64,000 bases of DNA from Callorhinchus milii (taxonomy: Eukaryota): the NCBI RefSeq assembly GCF_018977255.1, contig NW_024704742.1, positions 19,470,001 through 19,534,000 of the forward strand, read 5' to 3'. Shown piece by piece: positions 63,194 to 64,000 of the stretch. Both the position numbers and the translations under genes were made by a program. Numbering within the stretch: position 1 is the stretch's first letter; each line of letters opens with the position of its first letter. Under the pieces are notes generated by a model. It was not told the DNA's origin. It did no database searches and worked only from the letters and a program-made list of their open reading frames with translations.

Positions 63194-63570
63194 GTAATAA
63201 TAATCCTTGCATTTGATATTTGATAGGGCCTTTCACATCAGATCGGCATCTCAAAGTACTTCACAGAATTTACTCTAAAGCGCAGAATTTTATAGGCAAA
63301 CACAGCAGCCAATTTGCACACACGAAAGTTCAACAAAGAGCCACAAAGTGAACAACAATTTAACTATTTTAGGGGATTGTTGACCACAAATAGTGCCATG
63401 GGAGTTTTAACGTCCACCTGAACAGACAGAAGAGAGCTTGGTTTAATGTCTCATCTGAAGAACTGTGTCAGAGCGTCAGCCTAGACTGTGATTTTAAAAA
63501 CCTAACATGAGACTTGAACCTACAACCTTCTGACTCAGAAGCAACAGTGTTCCAACTGAGACAGGCTGAT
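63194..63570 (-). mobile_element. Near full-length old Deu-domain SINE
   Basis: Tail, aatagtgccatgggagttttaacgtccacctgaac core, head gacttgaacctacaaccttctgactcagaag. Confidence 0.87.
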
Positions 63571-63764
63571 GCATATGTCATGTTATAAGTGTTGATAATA
63601 TGTCCTTACTGTAGGATCTGTCCATTTTAAATATAAACATAATCAAATCTATGACTCAGAAGAGGAATTTCAACATTTCTAAAATGGAAATGTAGAAGAC
63701 TGCAAAGAGGATCTTTGTTTGATACACAAGTTAATGTACTTGATGAGAGATCATGTAATTAAGA

Positions 63765-63990
63765 ACATAAGGACATAAGAATTAGGAGCAGGAGTAGGCC
63801 ATTCGGCCCCTCAAGCCTGCCCCGCCATTCGATAAGATTGTGGCTGATCTTCTGACCTAACTCTAATTACCTGCCATATCCCCTAATCCCTCTATTTTTT
63901 AAAAATTTATCAGTCTCAGCCTTGAAGATGTTCAAGGACTGAGCATCTACAGCCTTCTGGGGTAGTGAATTCCATAAATTCACTAAGAAT
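63765..63990 (-). mobile_element. CR1 LINE 3' end
   Basis: (acataagg/a)n tail, then aggagcaggagtaggccattcggcccctcaagcctgc. Confidence 0.92.
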
Positions 63991-64000
63991 TTGCCAAATT

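Noticed and set aside
1..64000. CRISPR array, operon or other prokaryotic system
   Set aside because: No regularly spaced repeats and no long ORFs; the content is vertebrate retroposon-rich DNA

Overview
AT-rich, repeat-dense vertebrate genomic DNA, intronic or intergenic. The mix of L2 and CR1 LINE relics, Deu-domain SINEs and AmnSINE2-like relics suggests a cartilaginous fish (inference only). There is no complete gene and no prokaryotic-type system. Most ORFs in the track are LINE debris or chance ORFs. The window contains: (i) many L2 fragments, including a ~2 kb decayed ORF2 (endonuclease SDH motif through RT Y[A/T]DD); (ii) CR1 3' fragments; (iii) an old Deu-domain SINE and a younger tRNA-Ala-headed SINE, both carrying an L2-like 3' tail; (iv) about 9 copies of a repeat I cannot classify (at least 750 bp, common A-rich 3' end); (v) a few short candidate exons of unknown identity; (vi) several locally templated inversions and duplications, including perfect 28-30 bp hairpins and an inverted copy of a neighbouring SINE between 19-bp direct repeats. 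Repeat boundaries are approximate and were read by eye.
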